From contig NW_026867509.1 of assembly GCF_020745735.1 (NCBI RefSeq), positions 1,798,001 through 1,862,000 of the forward strand: a DNA stretch of 64,000 bases, given 5' to 3'. This document shows positions 37,057 to 50,339 of the stretch, one piece after another. The translations under genes were made by a program, and so were the position numbers. The notes beneath the pieces are model-generated. The model was not told the DNA's origin. It saw nothing but the letters and a program-made list of their open reading frames with translations, and ran no database searches. How positions within the stretch are numbered: position 1 is the first letter of the stretch; each line of letters begins with the position of its first letter. Source of the stretch: Hemiscyllium ocellatum. Lineage: Eukaryota.

Positions 37057-38029
37057 AATCCAATACAAATAAAGGTCGATGAAAGCAGTTGTTCATTGAA
37101 CTTCTGTCAAAAGCTGTGAAACTCTAAATAATAATTTTATTTATAAGAGGAATTTAGTTGAATAACTCGATCTTCACGTATTATTCGGAGTTGCCTTCTT
37201 GTTGAACTTACTGTAGAAGTTATTCTTGCTGCTTGTTTCTGTAACAGCTTTTTACACTGACAACTGTTCTCACTGTCTGTCAGATCATTGTACCACCACC
37301 TTTCAATTTCTTTCTTTATCATAGGTTCACAGTACACTGTAATAGCATGTGCAAGTAATTACCAGGTGCAAATTCTCACCACTGACTCCAGTTCACGAGA
37401 TATTGCTTAATGAAAACAGGCATAGTGTCCTTCCTAATGTAACAATGTGATGTGGTTGTACTCTGCATTTCAACGGCACTTCCAGTATAGAATTATTTCA
37501 GGATATCTTTCTCCCGGTTGAAACTGTAGTTTTATTCCATCGTGTGACTGCACTCCGTTTAATAAGAGAAGGGCACCGTACTATTCTGAAATATCGATTT
37601 ACACGTTAAAATGGTATGCTTCATCTGACTGATTCGATGTGAATATTTATTTCTATTATGTACAACATGAAGAACAAAACTGACTGCACATTGCAGTAAA
37701 TTCTTCCACAGGGGTCTGTGTAAGATCACTCACATTCTCTCTGCATATTTCTCTCTTTATTTCTCTCTCTCTCTCTCTGTCTCCCTCTCACACATACACA
37801 ATTATACAAACACAGAGATACAAACCTTGTGAAATATTCTTCAAATAGCATTAATGCATTATTTTTACTGTTGATTATAACAAAGTTGAACCCTGACATT
37901 TTTGGAGTACAGATGGGTGTACAAATAGTTTGGAAACTGAAAGAAAGTCGAGTAAAGCATATATAGGAGCAAACGTAAACCATGCGGCCCTTCCAGTCTG
38001 TTTCACCATTTGATATAGCTGATATTACG

Positions 38030-38570
38030 CTCAAACCCAAACTCCTGCCTGCTCCCTGTAACCCTTGATATCCCTAGCAATAAATAACTTATCTATCTCT
38101 ATCTTAAATAAACCCAAAGACTTGGACTCCGCATCATCTTGTAGGATTTGCTTAAACAGATTCACCACCCTTTTCCTGAACAAATTCCTCTTGAGTACAG
38201 TTCTTAAGGGTCATCTTTCTCTCTCAGACTTTGCCCTCGCATCCCAGTCTCTCCATTCAGGACTCTCAGTATTCTGTAAATTTCCATAAGAGCCCTCTTA
38301 TTGTTCTTAAATCCATTGAGTGGAGATTCAGGGTCCTAACCTGTTCCTCATATGACAAGCTCTTCATCACCTGAATCATTCTTGTAATCCTCCTCTGTAT
38401 CCCATCCAAAGACAACACATCCTTTCATAGAGGCGGGGCACTAAAATATTAGCAATATTCAGAATTCGGTCTGACCACAGCCTTATATAATGGAAGGAAT
38501 GCCGTATTCCTTTTGCATTGCAATTTCTAGAAATAAATGCTAACGTTACATTTGTTTTCCTAATTGCCAA
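38030..38570 (-). mobile_element. CR1 LINE 3' remnant
   Basis: ccctgtaacccttgat...cccaaagacttggactcc...tcattcttgtaatcctcctctg...tctgaccacagccttata. Confidence 0.75.
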
Positions 38571-38589
38571 CGTTTATAGTTGCTAAGCC

Positions 38590-38790
38590 AAACATATGTG
38601 CTTCTGTGCGCATGTACCATGTGTGTTTTGTATCTGTGTATTTCTATGTGTGCATCTTTTTATTTCTGTCTGTGTGTGTCTATGTGTATTAGATATGCTG
38701 TTGAGGTATGTCTTTCTGTGTGTTTCTGTCTGTGTGTGCATGCTTGTGTATGGTTGTGTTTATATGTGTGTCTATCACTGTGTGGCCATT
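38590..38790 (+). repeat. Degenerate (TG)-rich simple repeat
   Basis: Direct inspection. Confidence 0.85.
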
Positions 38791-38883
38791 TCTGCGCACT
38801 TTAGGAGTTTGGTGTGGAGCTCGAATGAATTCATTTGGAATTGTCTGTACCTGTTGCTAACTTCCAATTAAAATGGCATGATG

Positions 38884-38901
38884 GCACCACCTTGTGGCGA
38901 A
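38884..38901 (-). promoter_or_regulatory. CTCF-like motif
   Basis: Minus strand GCCACAAGGTGGTGCCA versus consensus GCCACCAGGGGGCGCTA. Confidence 0.4.
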
Positions 38902-39559
38902 TTGAGGAGCTGCACAAGCGACAGGTGATTGACGAAGGAACCTGTATTCCAGGACTTCCCTTTGGAATTTTCTTCAGGGCTATATTTTGTGTTTTGGCGG
39001 GCAAGCGAACCTAAGCCTAAGGGCAATAGCTGCAAATGTGGAGACATGATTTAAGAGAGAAATGGGGGGAAACAATTCTCTCAGAATGTTGCATAACTTT
39101 GGATCTCCCTTCTTCAAAAGGCAGTGGTCTCTTATCGAGTCTAGACACCTGCTGATTCTGACTGACCTCACAGTACCTGAGGGATGGACATGTATAAATC
39201 TAACTTCAGTGCCAGAGATAAAGATGCTAATTCAGAGATAGACGGAGATTTTGTGAAACTGGGGAAATTACTGGAGTCATCCCTAAAGTGAACTATTTTA
39301 TCAGAGCCCTCCAGAATCAGGCTAATAAAATGCACAGACCAGGATTCTACATTTCACACGAATCAGAAATCGTTAAAAATGAATAGATACTTGATTCTTT
39401 AACAACAATGCACTACCAGAACATCCTTGTGCACACATGAAAACTGACACAGACACGAAAAACAATACTCTACTGTCATGTATGGAAGGGAAAATACAGC
39501 TGGGTATTCAATGTCCTTGTCTCCAGTGCTCGCTGTGGTGACAATTTTGGTCTGGTAGG

Positions 39560-39864
39560 ACCTTCTGATCTCTCATATCCAGGTACGTTCGCATTTTGGA
39601 AACAGCTCAATCATACTGACCACCTCTGTATTTCTCAAAGTTACCTGTGTGGAATGTTGTTGATGCTAGTTGAATGGTGATGTACACTGCTATGATTCCT
39701 GTGATGTAATCCCTGATGGTTTTCACCCTTGGTTTGGGTAGTGATGTAGAACCGCCAGAAGAGAGTGGATTGCACCATTTAAAATACATCAAAATCCATT
39801 CAACTGCACGCACCTCTGCCGCCCCCACCCCCATCTGATAAAATGTTGTCTATTGTACTTGGAA
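39560..39864 (-). pseudogene. Probable highly decayed TCR V pseudogene with degenerate 23-RSS
   Basis: Phase-1 acceptor TTTTTGTCTACAG; LFW and HHYPNQG remnants in shifted frames; TFH...GQYD*AV (YYC-AV decayed); CAAAATG, 23 nt, TCAGAAGGT. Confidence 0.4.
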
Positions 39865-40086
39865 CTGTAGACAAAAACACAGACATAAATACACGCAGAG
39901 GATTAACATTTAAAGAGGTGCACACTTTTTTTGTAATGGAGGTCTTGTTGGGAGTTCTTGAATGAAGGAGAAAAACCAGAGATGCATTTAGATAAAAGGT
40001 CAAGGAGCCCTGAATCAGGATCATTTCCACAATATTGTCTACCTGACTCGAATGGGCTTGCTGAAATCAACAAAAATAAACTGACA

Positions 40087-41110
40087 TAGATCATAAAAAA
40101 TTACAGTGCAGTACAGGCCTTCCTGTCCTCGATGGTGCACCAACCTATTGAACCAATCTGAAGCCTTTCCAACCTACATTATTCCATTCTCGTATATATG
40201 CCTTTCCAATGACCATTTAAATGCCCTCAAATTTGATGAGTCTAATATTGTTGCAGGCAGTATGTTCCCGGTCCCGAATACTCTCTGAGTAAAGAAATTA
40301 TCTCTGAAATCTGATCAATATCTACCAACACCCTAACGCCAACCGAGGAAATTGGAACTCACTGACGAATTAGATATTCCTGTGATTATCTTATAAGCCT
40401 CGATTAAGTCGCTTCTCAACCTTCTTCATTCGAACGAAAACAGTCTCAAGTCCCTCAGCTTCCTCCCAAGTCCTTCCATCCATAACAGGCAATTTCCTCG
40501 TCAATCCTGTCTGATCCCTTTCCAGAGTTTTCACATCCTTCCTATCATGCGGTGACCAGAACTATAAGGAATACTCCAAATGTGGCTGCAATAGAGTTTT
40601 GTGCAGCTGCAACATGATATCATGGTTCTGAAACTCAATTCCTGTACCAAAAAACAGCCAACACAACATATTCCTTCTGAACAACCCAATGAACTTGGGT
40701 GGAAACTTTCAAGGATCTAGGTACCTGAACACCAAGTCTTTCTTATCAGCTACACCACAAAGAATCTTATCATTAGCCCATTTCATGTATTCCTGTTACT
40801 GCTTCTAAAGTGATACGCCTCACACTTCTTTGTAACCTACAATATTCTTCGTCACTATCTACAACTCCACCGATATTAGTGTCATCCGCAAATTTACTAA
40901 CCCATCCTTATATGTCTTTATCTAAATCATTTATCTAAATGACAACATTGGACCCCAATCGTAACTGGACTCCAGGATGAATATTTCCCATCAATCAACA
41001 ACCAATGTCCTCTTTCAGCTAGCCAATTTCTGATCCAAAATGCTAAATCACCCCTACTCACATGCCTCGGTATTTTGTGCAGTAGCCGACCTTGAGAAAC
41101 CTCATGAAAC
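40087..41110 (-). mobile_element. CR1 LINE 3' part
   Basis: Tail cataaaaaattacagtgcagtacaggcc; RT remnants (gtgtcatccgcaaatttactaa reads SKFADDT on the minus strand). Confidence 0.85.
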
Positions 41111-41574
41111 CTAATATTGTCAGGCTGTCAAACCTGGATTAAACTAAAAGCAGAATCCATCTCCTGCAATCAGTTCTGAAAATACTTATGTGCCACTGAA
41201 TTTGTGGACTTCGTGAAATCATTAATTGAAAAGCGTGCTGCACATTGTGTGCAACTTACGAATCGCAAAGCACACCAATGAAACTATGTTTGATGGATGT
41301 TGACCTTAGGTTGGTCACCAACTGGTTGGTGTTCCTATCAATAGGAATTATGGACTTGGAATGAGAGTCAAACACTTCAGGAGAGATATCAGGTATCTTT
41401 TAGATGCACAACAGGTAATTAAGCTTTGAAACATACTTCGCAAATGTTTGTTGATCCCAGGTCAGTTGTTAGTGCTAAATTTGAGTTAGATAAATTGTTT
41501 TTCAGTGAATATTTTAAAGGATACGATACAAAGGCTGGTAACTTGAATCGGTCCACACACCAGACATGATATCC

Positions 41575-42520
41575 ATAAGACCATAAGACATAGGAACATA
41601 AATGAGACTATTCAGCCAACTGAATCTGTTCTGAAATTCAATTATGGTACTTAAGTTTCTCAAACCCTTTCTCCCACTGACTACCTGTAACCCTTAATTC
41701 CTTTGATATTCAAGAGGTCATGTATCTCCATCTTAAATATACTCAATGACCGGCATCCACAGCCTTCTGCGAGAAAACAAATTCTCGGCTCTCTGGGATG
41801 TTCTTCTCTCTCCGTTCAAAAAGGTCTTCCCTTTACTGTAAGTCCATGCCCTCGGGTCTCTGTCATCAATGGAAGCATATTTCCAATATCCGCTGTGTCC
41901 AGGGCATTCAGTATTGTCTATGTTTACGTTAGATCCGAATTCATTCTTCTAACCTGCATCCAATACGAAAGCAGAATCCTCAAATTTCCTCATATGTTAA
42001 GGCGTGCATTCCTGGCACCATTCTCGGAAATCTTCCCTGAGCATACGCCAGTTTCAATATATAATTTCTGAGATAGAGGGCTGAAAAATCCGCGCACTAC
42101 CCATTGGAGAAAGAAGGTTTAGGGGAGATTTGATAGAGGTGTACAAGATGATTAGATAGGGTTGACAGTGAGAACCTTTCTCCGCTAATGGAGTCAGCTG
42201 TTACTAGGGGACACAGCTATAAATTAAGAGGTTGTAGGTATAGGACAGATGTTAGGGGTAGATTGTTTACTCAGCGGGTTTTGAGTTCATGGAATGCCCT
42301 GCCAGTAGCCGTGGTGGACTCTCCCTCTTTATGGTCATTTAAGCGGGCATTGGATAAGCATATGGAGGTTATTGGGCTAGTGTAGGTTAGGTAGGCCTCG
42401 GTCGGCGAAACATCGAGGGCCGAAGTGCCTGTACTGCGCTGTATTTTTCTATGTTCTATGTTATATGTTCTATGTACCCCAAATGTAGTCTGACCAGAGC
42501 CTTGTAAGGCATGATGGAAT
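41575..42520 (-). mobile_element. Older CR1 3' remnant, interrupted by a younger CR1
   Basis: (cataaga)n tail at 41575; the sequence resumes cccaaatgtagtctgaccagagcc after the nested insert. Confidence 0.75.
42103..42474 (+). mobile_element. Young 5'-truncated CR1 with TACCC target-site duplication
   Basis: Open ESAVTRGHSYKLRG...RLFTQRVLSSWNALP; (ttctatg)n tail; TACCC at 42098-42102 and 42475-42479. Confidence 0.85.
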
Positions 42521-42636
42521 ATACTCAGGATGATGAATGGCTGACTCCTGTGGCTATGTTCCTGTGTTAGAGAATTATACACACTGAGAGACTCGGGATA
42601 GGAGAGAAACTGAAAGATTTTATTGTATTTCATGGT

Positions 42637-45405
42637 TTAATGATAGATCAGGGTAGCGAAAGGGCATACAAACATTTTCTTTACTTCCTCACGAAACTTG
42701 TTCTGGCGTAGTACATAGGTAAACCCGTTAATGAAGAAACTTTAATAAATTAAGCACAATGCTCACCTCTTGGAAAATGTATTGTGGATCATTGAAATTT
42801 AGATTGTTGTTCAAGCCCTTACCTATAACCCGCACGTGGACGACGTTTTCCACATACGTCACCCACAGGAGAAGGAAAGTCAGAGAGATAGCAAAAAGCA
42901 GGATAATGGATCTCCTACAGTTGGCCATTTCCTTGCCTCCACTGTCCTTGGTGCCTTGGAATGTCCTGCGGGCTTTGGTGACTGCGAAGATGTGTCGTTC
43001 AGTCAAAACATTGAGTAAAGTAAATGAGGAAGAATGGGAGAAAGGGCGTTAAGATGCGTTCTAGTCAGTGAGAGGCCTGCTAAGCAGGCAGGGTGTAATA
43101 GATGGACTTAATGTCACAGAACCAGGGGACTCCATCCACATCGAATAATGGTTGGCAGAAGAAATAATGCAGGAAATGTTTGATACAGCTCATGGCACAT
43201 CCTGCTCCTATGACCACCGATGCAGTTTTCTCCGTGCAGCATCTAGCCTTCAAGCTCTGCCAGTAGATAGCCTCTAAACGGTCGAATGTGAAGGCTGCTG
43301 TCAGGCAGACTGAGCCATCCTAGCTTACATAGATCAACACTGCACTGTGCGCTCCGGCAGGGGTGGTAGACAGGACACTGTACCGGAAATAAATGCTGAA
43401 AATGCGTTAGAAGATGATGGCCGTGAGGATGACAAGGAAATCAGACACCGCGATTGTCACCAGGTAGAAGCAAATGCATCAGGAGAGATTGCACTGACCT
43501 CGGGATAGGATTGTGATCATGACTAAGCTGGCCGTGACAGACAGAAGGACAAGGAGCTGTAACTGACTGCAGCCAAAACGGAGTCCCTTCCAGTTGTTTG
43601 TGCAATCCTGATCCATCAATTTGCCATCTCTATACTCCGATTACTCTCAATCAGTGAGAACTGTAGGAGATCAAATGCTGCAGTAAATATTTGTTGAGAA
43701 CAGACTTACTCCAATCAGCACTGTTAACCTCTTCAGATCCGTGTTCTGTGTACCGTGTCAGGTGCCGTGGCGAACTATCCAACTCAACTCACCTGAAAAA
43801 TTTCCTCCCTATCCCCTATTCATATCAAGCCGAATAAATTGATGTTCACTGACCTACCTTGGACTTCTATCCGAAAAACTCTCAGCCGTTTCGAGTTTAT
43901 TCTTCGAATTTTCAAGTATTCCTATAATCTCACCATTCTCATCCTGTAGCATTCTACTAATTTCGGAGAGAGCAGCTGAACTCAATTCCGAACTGGATGC
44001 ACATAAGTAATCTCAATGAATTAAACAGTACGAGTTTAAACTTCAGCTGGTGATGGAGTGAATGTTCAAACATTGCCCCTTCACTGTGCATATCTTCCAT
44101 TCCATCTTTAAAGTGTTCCTTCTAAATGAACTCTTTGATTGTATTTTTCTGATTTCTGCCTTAATACCTCCTTGTGTTATTTGGTTTTCAATTTTTTGTT
44201 CAGTCTCCTGTGAAGTTTCGTCACTAAGTTTAGGAGAGTAGTTGAAGAAAGAAGCTCAACTCCAATTTGTGAGACGAATATCAGAGACAGGAACTTTAAT
44301 ACAAACAGAAACTGCTCGAGCACATTAGGGGATCCGTCTTTTTCTGTGAAGACAGAAAGAAAAGTAGCATTCAGGGACTAATGTGCCACTGCTTCAGGAC
44401 TCTCTAGGTAAGCAGGGTAGGTTCACTGTGACAATGATATTCCTGTTCTACTAAAGACTAAAACGCATGTAGCTTTCCTAAAATAAATACCAAATATATA
44501 ATACTAATCAGCAAATCAAAAGAAAGCACACAATAAATACAAATTGTTTCATCTTCACTCGCCTCTTCCACATGTTTTCCTAATTAATTCCTATGAGCAC
44601 GTCAAGAGAGGGAATGCCCAACCAGCGTTCACTATGCTATAACATGCTGAGAATTGCATTATTCCAGAGGTGTGAACATCATTTTCCAATCAAAGATATT
44701 GCATGTTACAATTCATGAAATAAATGTAGTCATTCATTTTCACATGCAGCTGTCAAAGGTGGTGACAAACTTTATCACACTATAATCCACTACGAATTGG
44801 AACAATGCTAACTAGGGTAGATTTTATTTTATAGCATTTTATTAAATGCTAGTGCTCAATACTTTATCACACTATAATACACTACGAACTGGAATAATAC
44901 TAACTAAAGTAGATTTTTTTTATAGCATTTTGTTAAATGCTGGTGCTCAATACTTTATCACACTACAATACACTACGAATTGGAACTATACTAACTAGGG
45001 TAGATTTTATTTTATAGCATTTTATTAAATGCTAGTGCTCAATTATGCCCATTTTTCTTGTTCAGGCAATGCCATGCATTTCACAAGTCAAATGAAAGGT
45101 GTTTCTCTAAATGTTGAGTATTGCAAATTTGAATAATATATTGTTTTGCCGCATAACACAAATACAATTGCCACTGTATGCTTTGCAAGATTTATTATCA
45201 CGTTATGTGAAATATAGTTTGTGTCAGGTGAAATTTAAGCAGCACCAAATAGCAGAAATGGAAACGAGCCAGATTCTGAAAAGGATGAGACAAAATTACT
45301 GAAGAATCTCAAAACTTGATGATATCATCACTCACCAGGGATACCAATAACAGTGAGAATTGGATACAAAATGGCAAATACTGGACCAATCGCTGCACTG
45401 GGCAT
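42637..45405 (-). pseudogene. GPR139-like pseudogene, 2 exons (45405-45336; 43531-42637)
   Basis: Exon 1 MPSAAIGPVFAILYPILTVIGIP+G with GTGAGT donor; exon 2 acceptor mutated to GG; at least five in-frame stops; AFTFDRL, DGVPWFCDIK, LTFLLLW and KFREE are recognisable. Confidence 0.9.
44769..45043 (+). repeat. Three tandem copies of a ~92-bp unit
   Basis: Units begin ACTTTATCACACTA at 44769, 44861 and 44952. Confidence 0.95.
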
Positions 45406-45914
45406 TGTCTGTTGGAAATAATAGAATACCTGAGGCTCTGTGCCTTTGCTCTGTCACACTTCCAAAGCTTTCCTCGTTTGCTTCTGCTGAGAGTCTCCAG
45501 AGGAACGACTAAATTAGAACGTGAACCTTACTCACACTTCACTGAAGAAACAGATGATGTAACAGTTACCTGATTTCTACTTGTAATATTGACGAATTAG
45601 ACGATTCAAGTATTCGTGTGATTGAACAGCTGATTCTGTTCTATATGATGCCCATTTTATACACGAACGAATCCTTTTTTTTCAACATCGATTAGAGTGG
45701 CTGATAGCAAGCACTGAACTAAATTACAAGTCCTCCATTATCAAGTCACAGACAGGATCCAAATTATTTCCTGCTTTCATGTGTTCAGAGCAGTTCATTT
45801 ATCTTTGCTTAATCCCTATGTTCTTATTGCTTTCATTTCATGTACGTTTAGGGAGAGCCTTTCATCGTACTGAATTAGCAATCCATTGTCGCAGACTAAC
45901 CCTTGCCTCCTCAA

Positions 45915-48760
45915 CATAGTTGTAAGTCAGGAACAGTAAAGGAGCAGTCACTTTATTGGGAGTGTTCTATAGGCCCTTCAATCGCTACAGACACACTGAG
46001 GTGCAAATTAGGAGACGGATTTTGGAAAGTTGCGGAAGTAACGGCATGTTGCACTGGATGACTTTAACTTCTCGAATACTGATTAGTTAGTTCAAATTGT
46101 TAGGGTCAAGCAGTTTTCGTTTATCAGCTATGTCCAGAAAGGTTCCTGCCTCAGCATATAGATAGACTGACCAGAGGGGATGCCGTTATATATCAGATTT
46201 GTGCTTGGCAACGAATCATACCAGCTGAGAGAACATTTGAGCGATAGTAATCGTAACTCCCTCACCTTTCAATGCTCATGGAAATGTACGGGACGAGAAG
46301 TATGGGAAAATATTTAGTTGGGGAAGGGGAGATTAGAATATTATTCAGCAGGAACGAGGTCGCCTAAATTGGGAACAGATGTTCTCAGAGAAATGCATGA
46401 CAGAAATGGAGAGATTGTTTATGGCGCAATTGCTGATAACTGTTGACAGGTTTCTCCCAAGCATGCAAAGAAGGAGTGACAAGATGGAAGAACGTTGCGT
46501 GACAAAGAATGTGCAACATCTAGCCATAAAGAAGGAGAAAGCTAATTTACTGTTGAGGAGGCGAGGATCAGATAGGACTCGAGAAGGTTGTAATGTAGTC
46601 AGGAAGGAATTGAACAATGAACTGAGGAGAGCTAGAAGAGGGCATGGAAAAGCTTTCGCAGATAGGATGAAGGAAAACACAAAGGCCTTTGACACTTTTG
46701 CGAGGAACACGATAATGACCAGTGTGAGGGTAGGGCCGACCAGGGATAAAGAGGGTTGGGGAACTGTGCCTGGAGTTGGAGGAGGTAGGGAAGGAACTTT
46801 ATAAGAGTACTTTGCCTCAGAGTCACTCCTGGAAGGAAAGTTGACGTTTCTGAGGACGGCGTGATGTGAGCAAACATGTTGGTGTTAAGACAAAGGATGT
46901 GATAAGATTTTGAAATTCATGAGGATGGATAAGTCACCCGGGCCAGAAAGGATATACTCTATGCTTCTATTGGAAACGAGGGAAAAGATTTCTGTACCTT
47001 TGCTGATGATCTTTGCACCCTTAGTGTATAATGGATTAATTCTCGATGATTGGAGAGTGGCAAATATTGTTCTCTTCAAGAAACAGAATTGGGTTAATCG
47101 TGAGCACTCTAGAGCAGCCAGTCACACGTCTGTGGTGGGGAAGGCATTGAAAGAAAGGTTCCATCATTGCATGTAAAACCAGAGTTTGAGTAAAGTTAGT
47201 CAGCATGGCCTTATGTGCGGCCGGTCATGCTACACACAATCTTGAGTTATTTTAGCATGTAACAAAGCGTATTGATGAAGGTAGAGCATTGGATGTGATA
47301 TATAAGTAATTGAGCAATGCGTTTGATAATGCTTCCCATGGTAGGCTCATTCAGAAAGTAAGGGAGTACAGGGAAATCGGGATACAGAATTGATTGCCTC
47401 AGAGAAGACACATTATGGTTGTATATGGAAGCCTTTGAGGCTCGATTTTGGTGACCAGTGGTGTTCTGTAGGGACCGTTTCTGGGATCTCTGCTCTACGT
47501 TATCTTTATAATTTTTTTACTCACTCACGGGCTGAGGATGTCACTGGATAACCGACATTTATTGCCCATCCCAGCAGGCAGTTAAGAGTCAACCAGGTAA
47601 GGATGGCAGGTAATATCCTTCCTGGAATGGCATTAGTGGACCAGATGGTGTTTTTTTTCCAACAACCGACAATGTATTGTGGCCATCTCATCCTGTTCAT
47701 TCCAGATGTTTGTTGAATTCAAACTTCACCATGTGTTGTGGCTAGATTTGAATGCGATCCCAACAACATTATCTGGGTCTCTGGGCTAAGAGTCCGGAGA
47801 TGACACCACTCGGTCATTAACGCCCCTTCAATCACTTGGACAAGGAAGGGAAAGGGTGTCCTAGTAAGTTTGCAGATTTCCCGAAGTTTGGTGCAGTGGT
47901 ATATATGTGGAGAGCTGTTTGTAGTTTGCAACGCGACATTGACAGGATATAGAACTGGGCTGATAATTGGCAGTGAAATTCAGCCAGGAAAAGTGTGAAG
48001 TGATCCACTTTGGAAGGTCGAATTTGAATGAAAAATACAAGTTTAAAGGTTGGATCATTGGCAGTGTAGAAGTAAAGAGGGATGTTGAGGTCCAGGTCCA
48101 TGCATTCTTCAAATTTGCCACACAGGTTAATAGGGTTTTCGAGAACTAATATTGTGTGTTTGGCTTTCATTGGCGGGAGAATTCTGTTTAAGAGCCACGA
48201 GGTTACGCTGCAGATAATACAGCACTAGTGAGAACACACTTTGAACATTGTGTTCTGTTCTGATCGCCTCACTATAGGAATGATGTAAAAGCTTTAGAGA
48301 GGGTGCAGAGGAAACTTACCAGAATTATGGGTGCATTTGGAGGATGTGACCTACGAAGAAACGTTGAAGAACTGAGACTTTTCTTATTGGAGCGATGAAG
48401 CATGAGATCTGACTTTGAATGAGGTGTACAAGATGATGAGAGAAATAGATAGAGTGGATGGCTGTTGACCATTCCCCAGTCGGTTATGGCTATAACGAGC
48501 AGGCATAATTTTAAAGTGATTGGTGGAACTTTTAGGGGACGTGTCAGATGTAGGTTCTTTAAACAGAGAGTGTTGGGTGCGTGGAATGCATTGCCAGCAG
48601 TGGTAGTCGAGTCAGATACATTAGGGGCATTTCAGCAACTCTGGGAACGGCTCATGGAAAATATGTTAGACTGATTTTAGATAAGGATTAAAGTCCGGGA
48701 CAACTCGAGGGCCGAACGGCCTGTACTGTGCTGTCCTATTCTATTTTCTACGTTCGATTT
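45915..48760 (+). mobile_element. Decayed CR1 LINE with nested Deu-like SINE (duplicate of 7590-10435)
   Basis: MRMDKSPGPERIY, EKCEVIHFGRSN, RFFKQRVLGAWNALP. Confidence 0.88.
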
Positions 48761-48876
48761 TCCATGTTCAATGTAATGCTTTAGAATTCATAACTAACTA
48801 TACATGTTATGGAAGGGTAGGCGAGAACCAGCATTTGCGTTTAAGACAAAATTGTCAAGAGCAATGGTTCATTGAT

Positions 48877-49205
48877 GGGCACTGCTATCTCACAGTGGAG
48901 GATCCGGTTCCATTATTGATTCTAGCCTCAGGCGACTGTCTGTGTAGAGTTTTCACATTCTCCCTGTGTCTGCCTGAATTTCTCCTGGTGCACTGATTTT
49001 CTCCCACAGTTCGAAAGATATGTAAGATAGGAGAATTGGCTATTCTAAATTGGCCAGAGCGTTCAGGGATGTGTAGGTTAGGTGCATTATTCAGGGGCAA
49101 ATATATTGTAGGGGAAATCGATCTCAATTAGTTGTTCTTCAGACTTGTGAACTTGTTGTGTTGAAAAGGCCTGTTTCCACGCTGTAGGGATTTGATGATT
49201 CTATG
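48877..49205 (+). mobile_element. HE1-like SINE (duplicate of 10558)
   Basis: Near-identical to the copy A element. Confidence 0.85.
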
Positions 49206-49825
49206 AATCAAAAAGAAAGAACATAGTTTCCTCAGCCTGTAACAAAGGAAACTTGCTATTCCTACCTGATCAGGCAAGGAGAGCTGCAAAGTTTCAACAA
49301 ATTCATTAACTCTGAACAGTGAAGTGGATTTCCTAACCGAGTCAAATGGTGTCAAGAGCAAGAAATGGGCAAAAAATACAATTTCTCGTCAGATTCAGCA
49401 TTATCAACATCCTGGGATTAGAATTAACTGAAAACTGAACTGTTACATAAGGACGTTTTCACCACAAGCAGGGTAGAGACTGTGTTTCCTGCAGTGAATG
49501 AACCGAAATGACAGGAACAGATTAAGCCACTTCGCCCACCGTGTCTACTCCACTATGCAATGAGATTAAGCCTGATCTCATAATCCATAACTAAACTTTT
49601 CTGCCTTTCCCCATAACCCTAGTATTCCCTTGCCGAATAATATTCTGTTTCTTTTACCTTGAATATATTTAACTGATCAACTTTTAGAGCTCACTGCAAT
49701 AAAGTCACCACAGATACACGATCCTGAAGAAAGAGAAAAAATCGTTCTTGACAATTTTGCCTTAAAAGAAAACGCTTACTCTGTGATTACACGCTCTGGA
49801 CCTTGACTGATTTCAGGATAATTCA

Positions 49826-50339
49826 TAGAACATAGAACATAGAAAAATACAGCGCAGTACAGGCCCTTCGGCCCTCGATGTTGCTCCGAACGAAGCCTAC
49901 CTAACCTATACTAGCTCAATAACCTCCATATGTTTATCCAATGCCCGCTTGAATGACCATAAAGAGGGAAAGTCCACCACTGATACTGGCAGGGCATTCC
50001 ATGAACTTACAACCCGCTGAGTAAAGAATCTACCTCTAACATCTGTCCTATTCCAACCTCCCCTTAATTTAAACCTGTGTCCCCTAGTAACAGCTGACTC
50101 CATACGCAGAAAAAGGTTCTCACTGTCAACCCTATCTAAACCCTAATCATCTTGTACACCTCTATCAAATCTTCCCTGAACCTTCTTCTCTCCAATGAGA
50201 ACAGCCCCAAGTGCCTCAGACTTTCCTCATACGATCTTCCTACTATGCCAGGCAACATCCTGGTAAACCTACTCTACACCCGTTCCAGTGCCTCCACTTC
50301 CTTCCTATAGTATGGCGACCAAAACTGCAAACAATACTC
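49826..50339 (-). mobile_element. Young 5'-truncated CR1, present only in copy B
   Basis: Same subfamily as 42103-42474 (ESAVTRGHRFKLRGG); (catagaa)n tail; empty site ataattcagaagag at about 11497 in copy A. Confidence 0.9.

Noticed and set aside
1256-39864. D, J or constant-region exons, and IgH-like or NAR-TCR V segments
   Set aside because: No 12-RSS-flanked segments, FGxG motifs or C1-set exons found; the recognisable V segments look TCR alpha/delta-like
44769-45043. CRISPR-like appearance of the repeat array
   Set aside because: Units are near-identical along their full length with no unique spacers, and the DNA is vertebrate
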